NCBI GenBank assembly: GCA_964247055.1
Contig: OZ176051.1
Location: 12,400,001 to 12,464,000, forward strand
Reading direction: 5' to 3'
Length of the DNA stretch: 64,000 bases
Source: Paragordius varius
Lineage: Eukaryota > Animalia > Nematomorpha
Shown one piece after another: positions 22,827 through 36,049 of this stretch (within the stretch, counting starts at the first letter, position 1; every line of letters begins with the position of its first letter). Position numbers and translations under genes: made by a program. The notes beneath the pieces were generated by a model. The model made no database searches and had not been told where the DNA came from. It saw only the letters and a program-made list of their open reading frames with translations.

Positions 22827-25800
22827 TTATTCTCGTGATTTGTTGGGAAATTTGTGGTTTCTAGATTTAATAATGATAATAATAATTTGAAATACTCCTG
22901 GATGTTTTAAAAATATTGTTATATATAAAAAAGTTAATTTACGCGTAGTATCATTCAATTGGTGTGAAAATATTTTAACGTCCCCACAATAACCATGAAG
23001 CCACCAGCAAACTTTGACTAGATTTGGGTCGTGACTAATAGTCCCTCGTATTTTTACATTGAGTTCTTTTATTTTTATGAACAAAGTTTTACACTTCTCG
23101 TTGCTATTACTATTATCATCAGTGAGAGCTTTAAAAGGGTTATCGTGATCAGGGGAATTCATGGTTGCAACATTCAAGGTTTCAGCTATATAATCAAATA
23201 TATATATACATATATATACTTTAATTATATAACTATTAACGGTCAAAAAGATAAATCATAAACTAAATAACATTTAAATTTTGGTTTATTTGAGAAAGTA
23301 TTTTTACGAACATTAATAAAGTTCATGCATAAACCAAGCACCGCTTTAATATAAATGGTTCATTATGTTAACTTAGCTATTGGCTTTAACTGTAAAATTG
23401 CAAATTTGTACTTACAATATCCAAAATTCATTTACTTGTTGTTATCAAGACAGACCAAAGATTCAAAACGATAATAATAATATATGTATAAAAATTAATA
23501 TTTTTCCCCTCTTATATCGCTTGAAAGTGACATTTGATGGGGAAACCTGAAATTTTCCAAGCCAATTTCGGCATACAGCAGCATATTAATGATTGGGATA
23601 AAGTTTCTTTATTTGGCCCACTATAGGTTGTTAAAACAGCGTTTGGTTCAGTGCATACGTAACACATGGACCAATCTTTTTCCGTTTTTCGAACAATGTT
23701 ATAACATGTATAAAGTGTGCTAGATAAGTTTTTTATAAGGACCAATGTGTCACATTTTTCTGAATGTGATTCACGCGCATCAATTATTTTGGTTGGAGAG
23801 CAATCTAAAATAAAGCATAATTCCCAGCTTAATCCATATATAATATGTATAATGATGTTTACTAGGGGAAATTGCAATCATACATTAATGTGAGTTAAAA
23901 ATATTTAACACTTAAGTAATAGGATTGAGGAATTTTAAAAATAAACGGGTAATACTCAAGAGGCAAAAAAATAAAAAATTTCAATTAATATTTGGTGATT
24001 CAGAAATATATTTTCCATATAATACAGCGAGGAAATTATTGAGATACCATATCCTTATATCACATTGCATTTAGACGCAAAACTACAAATATTTTTGCAA
24101 TTTGACCCATTTTTATTTTTTTAATTTTTATCTTGTAGGAAAAACCGGCGTTTTTAACAAAAAGAGGTTGTTTGAATTTGTAAGAGACATGGCAATCAAA
24201 GTAACGTTATTCAAAAAATATATGTTGATTATAATACTTGAAACGATCTTGTATGGAGTAAGGAATGTATAAGTATCATTAGCACATGAATATGTAAATG
24301 CAAGGTCATGGATTAACCCTTTTTCTATATATAGGAGAATTTTAATATTTAAATAAATAGTGAGATAGAGTACTTTATTTTAATTTGTTATTACAAAATA
24401 AGAGTAAAGTTGTACCATCTAATGTGGGGCATATCTTCCAACCAATATTTCCATCAATATCATTGGTTTGTTTAATCGTTTTATTCTTCTCCAATTCTGA
24501 ATCAATTGAACAATCCTTGGTACTAAAATATGGTTCCATAGTATTTCCAATACATTCCGAATGTTTCTTACATGAAGTTGTTTGGAGCAAATGATTAAGT
24601 TTATCATAGATGGTAGCTTTCTCTTTCCTTATTACGGTTGGATTGTTTTCGGTAGAAACTTCACCACGTTGTATCTTCCAAGCCTGGTCACCTTGAGTAA
24701 ACAATATATATATATATATAATATATTAATCAAATCGCCTTTTATAGACGACAATTTCTAAAAATTTCACTTGGTTTGATGACAAATTAGCATTTAGTTT
24801 AAGAAACTTTAAGGTCATAAATGGCAATAAAATTGATTTTTGTATTTTTAAAAAATTAATTATTCTTTTAGGCCCAAAAATATACTAGGCTATACTTTAA
24901 AATCGACATTTTTTATCAACGTATTTTTCCTTAAACACTACTCAAACAAATCACTTTCATAACCATTTCAGATACCTATATTATTTTTTGATCAATAAGT
25001 ATTCATTGTTGCCTAAATATTGAATTTTCAATTTTTTATAAAATATGATCAAATTTGGATTATATTCATACTATAGCATCAAATTTCAAGTTTTAAATTC
25101 ATTAAGGAATTTCAAATTTAGTTTGGAACTAAATTATATTTTAGTTTAAAAGGCACACAATCATTGAGGTTTCAGTTTTATCAAAAATATATTGGATTTA
25201 ACAAAAAATATACAAAAATAATTTACATTATTTTAATAATATAAAAAAATAACAGACAAAAATCAAATTTAATAAAAATTATACATATTCTTCTAAAAGC
25301 TACAAATTAAAAAATAACTTAAAATATTGTATTAGAAAACTTTTAAGTTAACTAATACAACACCTGATATTCTGCCCTCATACTTAACGCCCTTCACATC
25401 ATCGCCCTCAGGAGATAGGGCTAAAAATTCGACCAATTCTTTAAGGCGACGTCGTTCAATTTCTGAATTTTCCAACTTGAGAGCATTACTGTTTATTGTC
25501 ATTTGGTTCATATCCCGTGTAACGCGATCATTGATAGATTTTATAAGATGGTATAATGTCAACTCTGAAACCTGGTTTCTGATTTGCAAAAACATAATGT
25601 AAAATATATAAGGTTCCACAAATGTCTAGCTGATAAAGTTTAAAAATCATATTACTTTATAGAAACAAAAGGCATACCCAAATATTAACTTGAAAAATAT
25701 TAAGTAGTTTGTACGAAAACAAATATTTTGCATCTAATAATTAATCAAATTTATAATAGAATGACAAATGCAAATATCTAACAGAAACGCAAGCCCACCC

Positions 25801-27454
25801 AACATACTGCTTCTTTAAACATAAATAAACGATATCTAACACGACAGATAAGATATCATAAAATGTAATTTAAAACTTTTAAGGCAAAAAAGTGTAAGCT
25901 TGTGCCAAATAGGCAATATATATATATATATACCATTTACAATTCAAATTCACCTTTAAACAATTTAAATTCACCCTTGAACAATTCAAATTCACCCTTA
26001 AAAAATATAAATTTACCCTTAAGCAATTCAAATTCACCCCTAATTAAAATATATGTTTTTTAAGATTAAAAATTACCAATATTTTTATATATTTTTAAAA
26101 ATAAAAATTTTGTAATACTGAAAAAATAATAAACTATACCATAAAGATGTATTTCATACTAATAATGAGTTATATTAGTTCGAAAACACATAATTTATTT
26201 TTAGGGTGAATTTAAATTCTTTGAGGGTGAATTTGAACTGTAAATGGTATATATTTATATATATACCTTCTTTGAAAAATGCATTGTGCATAATCATTAA
26301 TGTAACGCCAAGTTACATCAGTAACCGAACCAAAAGTATCGAAAGCCATAACATAAGAAAGTTTTTTTTTCCAACCAAGACAATACATGAGAGGTTTGTC
26401 GAGGATACCCTCACAGGGATCCACATGTATCCATCGATCTTGACTAATTGAATAGTACTATGTAAAATGCATAGAAATTAGATGTGATCAATGTCATATT
26501 AGGGTTTTTTTCAAAATTTATAATCCAATATTGTATCTGAACATATTAAATATTTGTATACGCAAGTCATATTTAGTGATATTTAATCAAATAACTTTTT
26601 TAAAAAATTCGCATATTGAAAGATTAGAAAATATTATTTTAGTTGTGATAATGACATATTTACAAATTTGCTAAATGAACTTAACAAAATAAACCAAGTT
26701 TTTGATTCTGTTGTGTAGATAATACTGATTTGCTAAAATATCGAAACTTTTTATTAAATCAATAAATAATCTATTATAAAGTGCACCTCACACCAAACAT
26801 GATCGGCTGAGTCCATGACAAAACGGGCATGTAAACCTACCGCTCGTAAAAAAAGTGTGAAACAATTGGCCCATTCACCACATCGACCTGTCCGACTTTC
26901 AAGTAAAACTTCAGGGTCATTTATTCTTGGGAAAATAAATGGATTGAGTTGATTTTTGTAACATGAATGTATAGGGTTGGCTAAATCATTAATTAATAAT
27001 TTTTAGGCTGTTGATTAGAATTGTGAAAACAATTATGCAAAAGTATACATGCATTTGGACATTGATATAATTCTGAATGGACACCGAAGAAATCGTTAAT
27101 CTTAAAGTCCTTAGGTGATAAACTCTGATTTGAAAAATATATGAGTGGAGAATTACAATGTCCGCAGTTGGGAACCTTATACCATTCAAAAAACTCAATT
27201 TTAAACCATTTTAGCAATGATAAGACTAAAAAATCCTCCTGGTATAAATTCGATATGTTTTTAGGTGTTAATTGACAAAACTTATTAAAACTATTCTCTG
27301 CTTCTTGAAAAACTTTTATTGGTATAAGCGATTTTGCTTTGCTTTGTAGATGTGATGATTCGTATTGTTTACAATGATTAGCTTGCTTTACTATTGACAT
27401 AATAAATCCTACAATAATACAATAATATACGTTGTGATGGTTTAAAACACGCAT
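22827..27454 (-). CDS. NGLY1: Peptide:N-glycanase (transglutaminase-like core plus C-terminal PAW-like domain), predicted 651 aa, 7 exons
   Basis: Exons 27454-27049, 26980-26787, 26457-26267, 25578-25364, 24691-24416, 23861-23547 and 23185-22827, all GT-AG and phase-consistent. Motifs: [33 protein letters not shown] (catalytic Cys), DHVWCE (His), WIHVDPCE (Asp), [19 protein letters not shown]-like [13 protein letters not shown]. The exon 6 donor is the least certain junction. Confidence 0.92.
25933..26247. mobile_element. MITE family E, copy 1, in NGLY1 intron 3
   Basis: TA|CCATTTACAATTCAAATTCACC...GGTGAATTTGAACTGTAAATGG|TA; 21-bp units cttgaacaattcaaattcacc; homologous to 61950-62147. Confidence 0.8.
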
Positions 27455-27518
27455 GGGTTAAACACGATATGATACTACGTGTGATTTATTACCGAATAAA
27501 AAAAATATTTATTAATAC

Positions 27519-27576
27519 TTTATATACTTTTCACTTTATTGTAAAAAATACCCTTAAACTTGTTTTATCTGATTGG
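27519..27576 (-). promoter_or_regulatory. Candidate NGLY1 core promoter (CCAAT box plus TATA-like element)
   Basis: Minus-strand CCAAT (27572-27576) and TATATAAAG (~27519-27526), about 65 nt upstream of the ATG at 27454. The AT-rich background weakens this call. Confidence 0.35.
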
Positions 27577-30006
27577 ATAAACAATTTAAATATCGTACTT
27601 TATGGAATATTATTTTATGATAGTAAATGTATCTGTATTATCATAATACTTTTGAGGCCTTACGAATATAATAATTTTATTCCCTCTTTCGTGGGGTGAT
27701 TTTGGATAAAAATTAATACTTTCTTCCATAATTTATATTTAGTATGCACAAAAGCATTTTTTTAAAATATAAATTATAGATGGGGCACATAATGTCTCAA
27801 TTTTTGACGCCTCAGATGAGCAGGTTTGTAACCAAAAATTCCGAAATTGCGCTATAGGAGTTTCAAATAAGCTAAATTATGGCATTTATAAAAGCTTCCA
27901 AAAAGTACTTTGGCCCTTTAATATAATGGCAAAATTTTGTTGAAGTTTTATAGTAGAGACGTTATATAAACACCAAATTATATACACTGTGGGGAAAAAA
28001 GAGAGTTAATTCTTTTAAAAAAAATTTTCATGAGATAGATGAGTTCATTTGTCGCGAAATTTATTTGTTGACGGGCTACTTTTTGAATATTAAGAGAAAA
28101 TTAAAATTGGGCGAAATATGGATATAGGATATTTAAAAAATAACAATTAAACTGAGATAATGTGGTTAATTATTATTATCATTTATGGAAATATTTTAAT
28201 ATATAAATATCCTAAAATATAGTTAGGGTTTTTATTAATACTCACATCGACAATCGCGTTTTACTTTTAACACACTTGGATAAAAATTTAAACTATATAT
28301 AAAAAATTTTTATTTAATAGCTAAACTCAATAAATCTTAACATTCAATATTTATTCAGTTAAAAGACTTATGTATCAAATTGAAACTAAAAAAATATTGA
28401 TTTTCTTTTCATTTTTGTCATCTGTTTAATGAATGTATAGAAAAATATTGTTATTATCAGGAATTTCAAAGTATATAATTTTATGCAAAATAGGATTTTA
28501 AAGAGGAATATCAATCAACAATCCTTATATATCCCTGTAACAGGTTTGTATTAACACATATTAATATTAATGGGATATGTACGGATTTTTTGGTTGATTT
28601 ATTACTTGTAATCCCTATTTTGTATTAATTTATATACTTCGTAATTGATCATGTAATCCAAAATAAAACAGTATATCACTCATAAACCAGATGACAAAAT
28701 TAAAAAATAAAATACAATATTTTTTGGTTTTCTTTTAATATATAAGTTTTTTTTTACTGATTAAAATATGAGTGTTAATACAGTCATGTAGACTTTATTT
28801 TGTTAAAGATTTACTTTTTTTCGTTATTTGGGTATTAATATTTGGTAAAGAATATAAAAACAAGAGCAATATGGTATTACCATATCATATTCTCAAAAAA
28901 AGTAAAAAGTGAAGGGGAAGGGCGTCGGAAATCTTTGGTAAAAAATGAAAATACACTAACTACTAACCCTTCACTTAAAATTATTGTATAAAAGGGTTAG
29001 GAAAATCGTAATTTTTATCTCAATTATATTTTTTTTTTGTTTTGATATGGGAACGATTTTAGATAGATGCTATACTAAATAATCAATTTGATCCAATTTC
29101 GTTAGGATGTAACCCTGGTATTGCGGGTATTTTCCTTTAAGTGTTAGATTCAGATTATGTTGACGAAAATATAAGACCCACACAAAATATTGTGCCTGGC
29201 AACGATGGTTTTTTTTCATTTAGTATTTAGGTGTAAATGAGATCGGCGGGAATGAATTGATTGGACACTTGTCCTGGTGTCCTTGATGTTTTTTTCCCTT
29301 TATAATGTTAGATTCAGATTATGTTGACGAAAATATAGGACCCACACAAAATAGTGTGCCCCGCAACGATGTTTTTTTTTCATTTCGACTTTAGGTGTTA
29401 ATGAGATCGGGAATGAAAATATGACAACTTCATTAAACGGTTGAGGAAAAAGGAAAAGTACCGTTTTTGTTAATTTTAGAATATCATTTTTGGTCAGATG
29501 AAAAAAAGTCTAAGGCCTACAAAATTTTCGGGAATCCCAGAAATAACGAATTATCGTCTCGTCATTTTGTGGATGATTTAGACATGTCTATAAGTTCCAT
29601 AAATGCTATGAGACGAAGCATGACTCTGGGAATAGAGAAAGAGCCATTGAAAGGGTAGGAAAACGAAATGCAATGAAGGTCTAGTCGGGCAGGTCAAAAC
29701 AATCCTCGATAGTGATTGTGAATTGACCGTCAATGGGATTCTCAATAAATTACCCACAGAATGCAAATTATCCAAAAAAACCTTATATAAATTCAGTTCG
29801 ATAATATTTTTTTATAAACGCTATATAATCCATATCCATTTCCTATGTTTTCCCTTATATATATACACAATTCATTACATCCGTATATTTTGTCCGTTAT
29901 ATGTTTGTTTTATTTATTGTGATATCCTATTAAAAAAATTTATAATAAATATTTTTTTACCTATACATAAAAATTTATATTTAAGAGGTTAATTTGTTTT
30001 GTTTAA

Positions 30007-30414
30007 CACTTGAATACAACACATTCATTTTTAAGCTAAAACCAAAAGGTAAAAATTTAGTCAACGTGACATGTGTGCAATAATTGAAAAAGAATAACAA
30101 AATAAATCGCTTCTTCTATTTCTATCAAGGTTAGATGTGATTTAAATAAAAAATTATCTTTAATTATACCCTTAACACTAAATGAAGACGACATTTTGCA
30201 AATATTTTGTAAAATAAAAATGGCGTCGAAGTTGTTTGACATGGAACTTTTTTTTCAAAACAAAATTTTATTTAGATATTTTGGCACATTTATATAATTT
30301 CGATCAGGATAGAAGCATAAATTTAAATTGGGACCGTTTCCTTCAGTAGTTTTTTGAAAATCCTAACTCAAATTTACTCTGGGGTATTTAGATACCCCAA
30401 TTTGAATCGAAGTG
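30007..30414. mobile_element. piggyBac-like MITE nested in element B
   Basis: TTAA at 30003-30006 and 30415-30418; CACTT...AAGTG ends; homologous to 14079-14552. Confidence 0.65.
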
Positions 30415-30511
30415 TTAAACAATATTTAAGATTTTCATTTTTTACCAAAGATTTCTGACGCCCTTCCCCCACACTTCTTTTAATTTTTTAAAGAATATGA
30501 TATGGTATGCC

Positions 30512-33500
30512 TAAGGTGACCAGACGTCCCGCTTTTTTACACTTTGTCCCGCGTCCCGCTAGGTTTTTAAAATGTCCCGCTTTTTCACGATTATATAAAA
30601 AAAAATTTAATACAAATAAATTTTTTTTATCCGTTTAAATTTTTTATCAATGAATATCTTTAAAAGCTATTCTTCGAATTTATATCATATGATTATACAC
30701 TTTGATTCCTACTACTGTCATCATTATCAAAAAGCCAAATTAATACCACAAATCTCTAGATTAAAAGACAAATTAATACCACAAATCGGTAGCTTAAAAG
30801 ACAAATTGATATATCGGTACCTTACACGTTTATTCCAGAAAATTAAGGTAATATAGTATTTATTATACTAATGGTAGTTTATAAATATGAGCACATAAAG
30901 AGGTTGTAAATTCAACGATGAATTAATGAAAGATTTTCCTTTTATCAAAAAAACGAAGAATGAATCATCTGTTAAATGTCTTATATACGAGGGGGAATTC
31001 ACCCTAGCACATGGCGGCAGCATGATATTACAAAGCATATGGAAACACAGAAACATAAAAAATGTTTAGATATGGCGGCATCATCTTACAAAATGATCAA
31101 TATTTTTCCAAAAACCCCTTTTGGAGAGGAAGAAAAGAATTTGGCACTAGCTGAGGGCGTGTTATCTTTTCACGCCGTTAATCACAAATATTCCTTTAGA
31201 TCTATGGACTGTTAAAGGTTATTCGCACCTTATTCAATAAAAAATTTACATGTGACCGTACAAGGGCGGAAGCGATTGAATGCAATGTCTTTTCGCCACA
31301 TGCATTTTCTGAAATACAAAAAGATTTACATTAATTTCATATCGCTATACTTTGATGCATCTCACAAGGAAACAAAATTATTTCCCACTTTAATAAGATA
31401 TTTTGATCCAAAAACTGGAGTAATCAAAATTTTAGATTTAATTTCGCTACCCGGTGTAAATTCCGACATAAGTTTTACTTCAATAATGAATATTTTAGAA
31501 AATAATAATTTAAAAGACAAAATCATCGATATGCGCTAATACCATTACGAACTTCGGTGGAAAAGCAAGGAGGTGAACAAAAAATATTTTTCATAAATTA
31601 CAGATAATCTTAATCAAAACATTATTGGCTGCAGCACATTTACACAACGCTATTCAAACAGCTCTAATTTGTTACCCCTAGATGTGGAAAATTTATTTAT
31701 TAAAATATCTTTCTTTTTTATATATACACGGTACGCGTTGAAACGCTTAAGGAATTATGTCAAAATGCAGAAGTTCAATATCAAAAAATGCTTGGATATT
31801 GTAAAACTCGTTGGTTAGCTCTTCTGCCAGCTATCGAAAGAATTTTAAAAATGTATGATCCTTTAAAATCCTATTTTTATCACAGGACAACTGTCCTACA
31901 ACTTTGGAAAAGTTTTTTGAAAGTGAATCTTCAAAAATATGATTAGAGTCCCTACATAATCAAGCTTTTCTCTTTCAAAATGATATTAAATTGATAGAAG
32001 GTGATAAAATTTCGGCAATTGAATTAATCAATTAGGTTAGAACCTAATTCCAATGTCAAGAAAGGTTAGAAAATATTTTATACCATTAACCATCCGCAAT
32101 ATAAATAATTTAGAAAAACAAGGCTTAATAAATCGCCAAGATATCCTGTACCATATAAAAAAATTTATACAAACTGTAAAGATTATTTGGAAGACTGGAC
32201 GACGCAATTCAATGAAATTGATATTTTCATTGAATAACATTAAAACCAGAATTTAATTGGTGAGATGTTCAAAAAATATTTGATTATATCTGTTCCCAAA
32301 AATTCTTAGTTAAAAGATATATTAATAATGAAAAACTTAAATTATGGACAAAAAAATATACAGTAGAAAAGAAATGGTTGGAAATATTTCATCATTTTGA
32401 AGCCAACTATATTGCATACAATAATATTTAAAAAATTGTGGAATTTTCACTATCTTTACCAGGAATAACGCTGCTATTGAGCGCGTTTTTTCCACATTAA
32501 ATCAGGTGTGGATATCGGAAAAATCAAATTTAAATGTTGAACCTTTAAAGGCCGTTTTATCTGTATTTGACAAATTCTTGTGAAGACTTCTACAATATTT
32601 TAAAAAATGATGACAATCTGCTAAAACGCATTCACTCAAACAAAAAATATACCAAAGAATAAATTATTTTCTTATATTTATAAAGTTTTTATGTTAAAAA
32701 ATAAACAAAATTACTTAAAATATTGTATAAGTTTTCATAATTTGTCAAATTATATTTGAACACATAAAATGGCACTCATTCAACATTTAAATTTGATTCC
32801 GTGTCCTTACTTAATTTACTGTGGAACGCGTTCAATAGCAGTGGTTCAGGTAAAGATAATGCAAATTCTACATTAAAATATTGTATGGAACATAATTTGT
32901 TTAAAAATGATTATTTTAACCATTTCTATCCTACGTATTTTTTTCTGTTGTCCATAATATAAGTTTTCATTCATTAATAATGAGACTTCATAAAAAAGTG
33001 TCATTGTCCGTCTTGTCTTCCAAATAATCGTTTCTGTTTGTATAAAACATTTTTATATTCTGGCTATTCATTGAGCCTTGTTTTTCTGGATGCTTTATAA
33101 TATTGCGATTAGGTAATGGTATAAAATTATTTTCTAACCTTTTTTGACTTGGAATTTTGACCTTTGTCCTGTGATAAAAAATAGGATTCTAGAAGATCAC
33201 ATTTTTATAGATATTTCAATCGCTGGCAAAAGAGCTAACCAACAGTTCTACAATATCCAAGCATTTTAACTTCTATATTTTCCACATCCAGGGGTAACAA
33301 ATCAGTAGCTGATAGAGTTGTGTATCTGCCAATAATGTTTTGATTAAGATTATTCGCTAAATTGTTAAAAATATTTTTTGGCCGCTTCTTGCATCACCCA
33401 GCGCACTTTGTGATGATTTCGTCATAATTTTTTCTCGAATATTACAATCACTTTACCCCTTGTTAGTGCACATGTAAATTTATTGAATAAGGTACAAACA

Positions 33501-33665
33501 ACCTGTAAGGTACAAATTTTTTATATTTATAATGTATTTGTGTTAAAAATAAATAAATATTACAATAAATTTTTTGTATAAAAATTTTTGGTTGTAACCC
33601 CCAATGACCCCCCCCCCCTTCTCAGATTTGTCCCGCTTTTTCCTTAAAAAAATCTGGTCACCTTA
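30512..33665 (+). mobile_element. hAT-Blackjack-like transposon with disrupted transposase and an internal inverted transposase copy
   Basis: Perfect 13-bp TIR TAAGGTGACCAGA; perfect 8-bp TSD GGTATGCC (30504-30511 and 33666-33673); GTCCCG subterminal repeats. Remnants: AHGGRHDITKH, DAS..KLFPTLIRYFDP, MLGYCKTRWLALLPAIERIL, AIERVFS, KRIHSNKKY. Confidence 0.92.
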
Positions 33666-34637
33666 GGTATGCCATATAGCTCTTGTTTTTATATTCTTTA
33701 CCAAATATTAAAACCCAATTAACGAAAAAAGTAATTTATTAAAATAAAGTCTATATGACTGTATTTTGATAGCTGGTATATAATTAAAAAAATTATTTTA
33801 TAATTTGATAAAAAAAATGTCTTGTAGTAAAAGAAAAACGCGAATTTACTAGTTATTTATTATTTTAGGCTATTTATAAATTGTAAATATCTGCTAAATA
33901 ATAAATCTTAATAAATCAAGTTATATTCTTCTTAAATATCCCCAATAATGCTTAATTATCACTTTTTGGCCAATTTCGATTTCTTTTTATATTTCAAAAA
34001 CGAAACCAATATAATTTTATGCGGCAAATGAATACGCTGGTTATAAGCTAGCTCAAAAATATTTTATTAACAATTCTTTTGCACACAGTGATAAACTCAT
34101 CAAATGATTCTAGAGATTTAGGGTTTTATGAGTCATATTAAAAATATACTTTTGTAATAGACTTAAATTAAAATTTACAAATTAGAGCACATTACGCAGT
34201 GAGCATACACAAAAAATATATTTGTAATTAGAGAGAAATGCATTAAAATAAATGGTGTTTTTGGTTTAGGGCCTTACGAGGGATATAATACAGTTACCCA
34301 CTTTTATGGAAACAGCTGCATATCAGCACTAGGCAAAATTCTCATATGGGCCGCTTTTTATATGATGATTTATTTTAGTTGCCTATAGTTTACTAAAGGA
34401 AATTGGTATATATAAATATGTAATTTCCAAATTGGCTTCCGTAAAATCTATTCATGTAGTGCTAGCTAAAAAATATAGGAATAAGACTTAAGATTAATTT
34501 AAAAAAGATTTGTTAGTAAGTAAAAAATTGTAGAGCGAAAAATTTGTTTTTTATTTAATTTGCATTTTTCGTAGGAACAAAAAAGCTAAAAAGGACCGCA
34601 TATTTTATCTACTGGATTATGATTACAAAAAATATTA

Positions 34638-34639
<2 letters not shown>

Positions 34640-34696
<57 letters not shown>
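34640..34696. repeat. (TA)n microsatellite
   Basis: Uninterrupted TA run of about 28 units. Confidence 0.95.
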
Positions 34697-34698
<2 letters not shown>

Positions 34699-36049
34699 AC
34701 AAAATTATTATTTTTAAGGAAATGGTGTTTTAACATATTTTATGGTATTTAAGAACATGGTACAAAGTGAACAATATTTTGGACTTCCTCATCATTAAAA
34801 ATTTCTATATAAATAAATTGGTAACCTATCTATTCTATAAAAAAAATTAAGGTTTAATAAAGTATGATTGTCTTGAAATAAAAAAGGATTTGTCTTATAG
34901 GTTTTGTGAATTAAAATATTCGCTAAAAGATTAACAAATATTATCAGAAAATATATTATTTATAAAATAAAGTTGATCTTGAATTAAGATTTATATATAT
35001 ATGATAAAACAAATAATGGAATCGACTTTTGGGTGAAATAAAATGTTTAAAAATCAATTTTCACTAAATCTATACAATAAAAATAAGGTGTGTGAGCTTT
35101 GAGTTACGTTTGGGGAAAACGTATGAGCCCATTCCAATTCCAGAGTCAAAATCATTATCTTAATAACGCCAACGACTAAGCTTATTTGAATTAGATCCTC
35201 AGTTTTACCCAACCAATATAAAATTGTGTTTAAAACATCCCTAAAATTTTAGGTTTCAAAGACACTTCAAAAAACAACTTACATAATGTTCGAAATGCCC
35301 CGATAATAACTACTTTTTTAGTTTAGCTCTCAGTTTAGTTTCACCGTTTTATAGATATATTTGTTATTGCGTTAAAATAATTGGTGTATCTAAAAAAATT
35401 ATTGATTGCTTATATAATGTGCAATGTGCCTTTAAATGGTATTAGAAGATGCTAGTATTTTTATCATACAAACATAAACTGTAATCACTATGGAAATTAG
35501 TGTCTAATTTATAAACCGGCTTAGAAAATATAAAACTCTCTAGCACATTTATCCTCGATTTTTTCTTCGTAATGCAAATCGGTTTTGATTAAACAATGAA
35601 TAACCTTGTTCCGACTTCATACTTTTGGCCCAGTTTATGAATAAAATTGATAGTTAAGGCCAAAAATTGTGTTTCGAATTTTCATCATTTTGATATAATT
35701 TTAATATTTTTTTACAAATTATATACCTTTAAATCTATAAAGTTAAATTTTTACCGTACTAAGCTATTAAGTTGTTATTGTTAAAATAAATATTGACATT
35801 TAATACAAAACTAGCACCCCATTTACGCAATTTTTTAAAAAATGTTATCAGAAAACTAGGCCTTGGTCCAATTTTTTTCAAAAATATTTACTTAGCGTTT
35901 AGTACATAAAGTGCCCAATATCAATGTTATACATCAAATTTACTAGTACAGAGTGGCAAAAAAAATTAAAATTTTTGTTTAAAAACACTCTATATATATG
36001 TATATATATGTGATATTTAAACATAACATTGATATTATTTATTTTTTTT

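Larger units (their letters stand above)
28781..33761 (+). mobile_element. Tc1/mariner-like element B with ~190-bp TIRs and a decayed HTH transposase fragment
   Basis: TA|CAGTCATGTAGACTTTATTT ... AAAATAAAGTCTATATGACTG|TA. 28781-28960 is the reverse complement of 30425-30511 plus 33674-33761. 29480-29800 reads ..DDLDMSISSINAMRRSMTLG..(fs)KGRKTKCNEGLVGQVKTILDSDCELTVNGILNKL..LSKKTLY, resembling IS630/Tc1 double HTH. An internal ~165-bp tandem duplication lies at 29140-29410. Confidence 0.7.
27985..34090. mobile_element. Foldback family A, copy 2, interrupted by nested insertions
   Basis: ATA|CACTGTG at 27985 and GCACACAGTG|ATA at 34090 (3-bp TSD ATA). The arms match copy 1. The right arm breaks at 28780 and resumes at ~33764. 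Confidence 0.8.

Noticed and set aside
27400-27454. Hydrophobic N-terminus of NGLY1 as a signal anchor
   Set aside because: It is short, overlaps the helix that precedes the conserved Q..YE core in orthologs, and translation could start at Met19.
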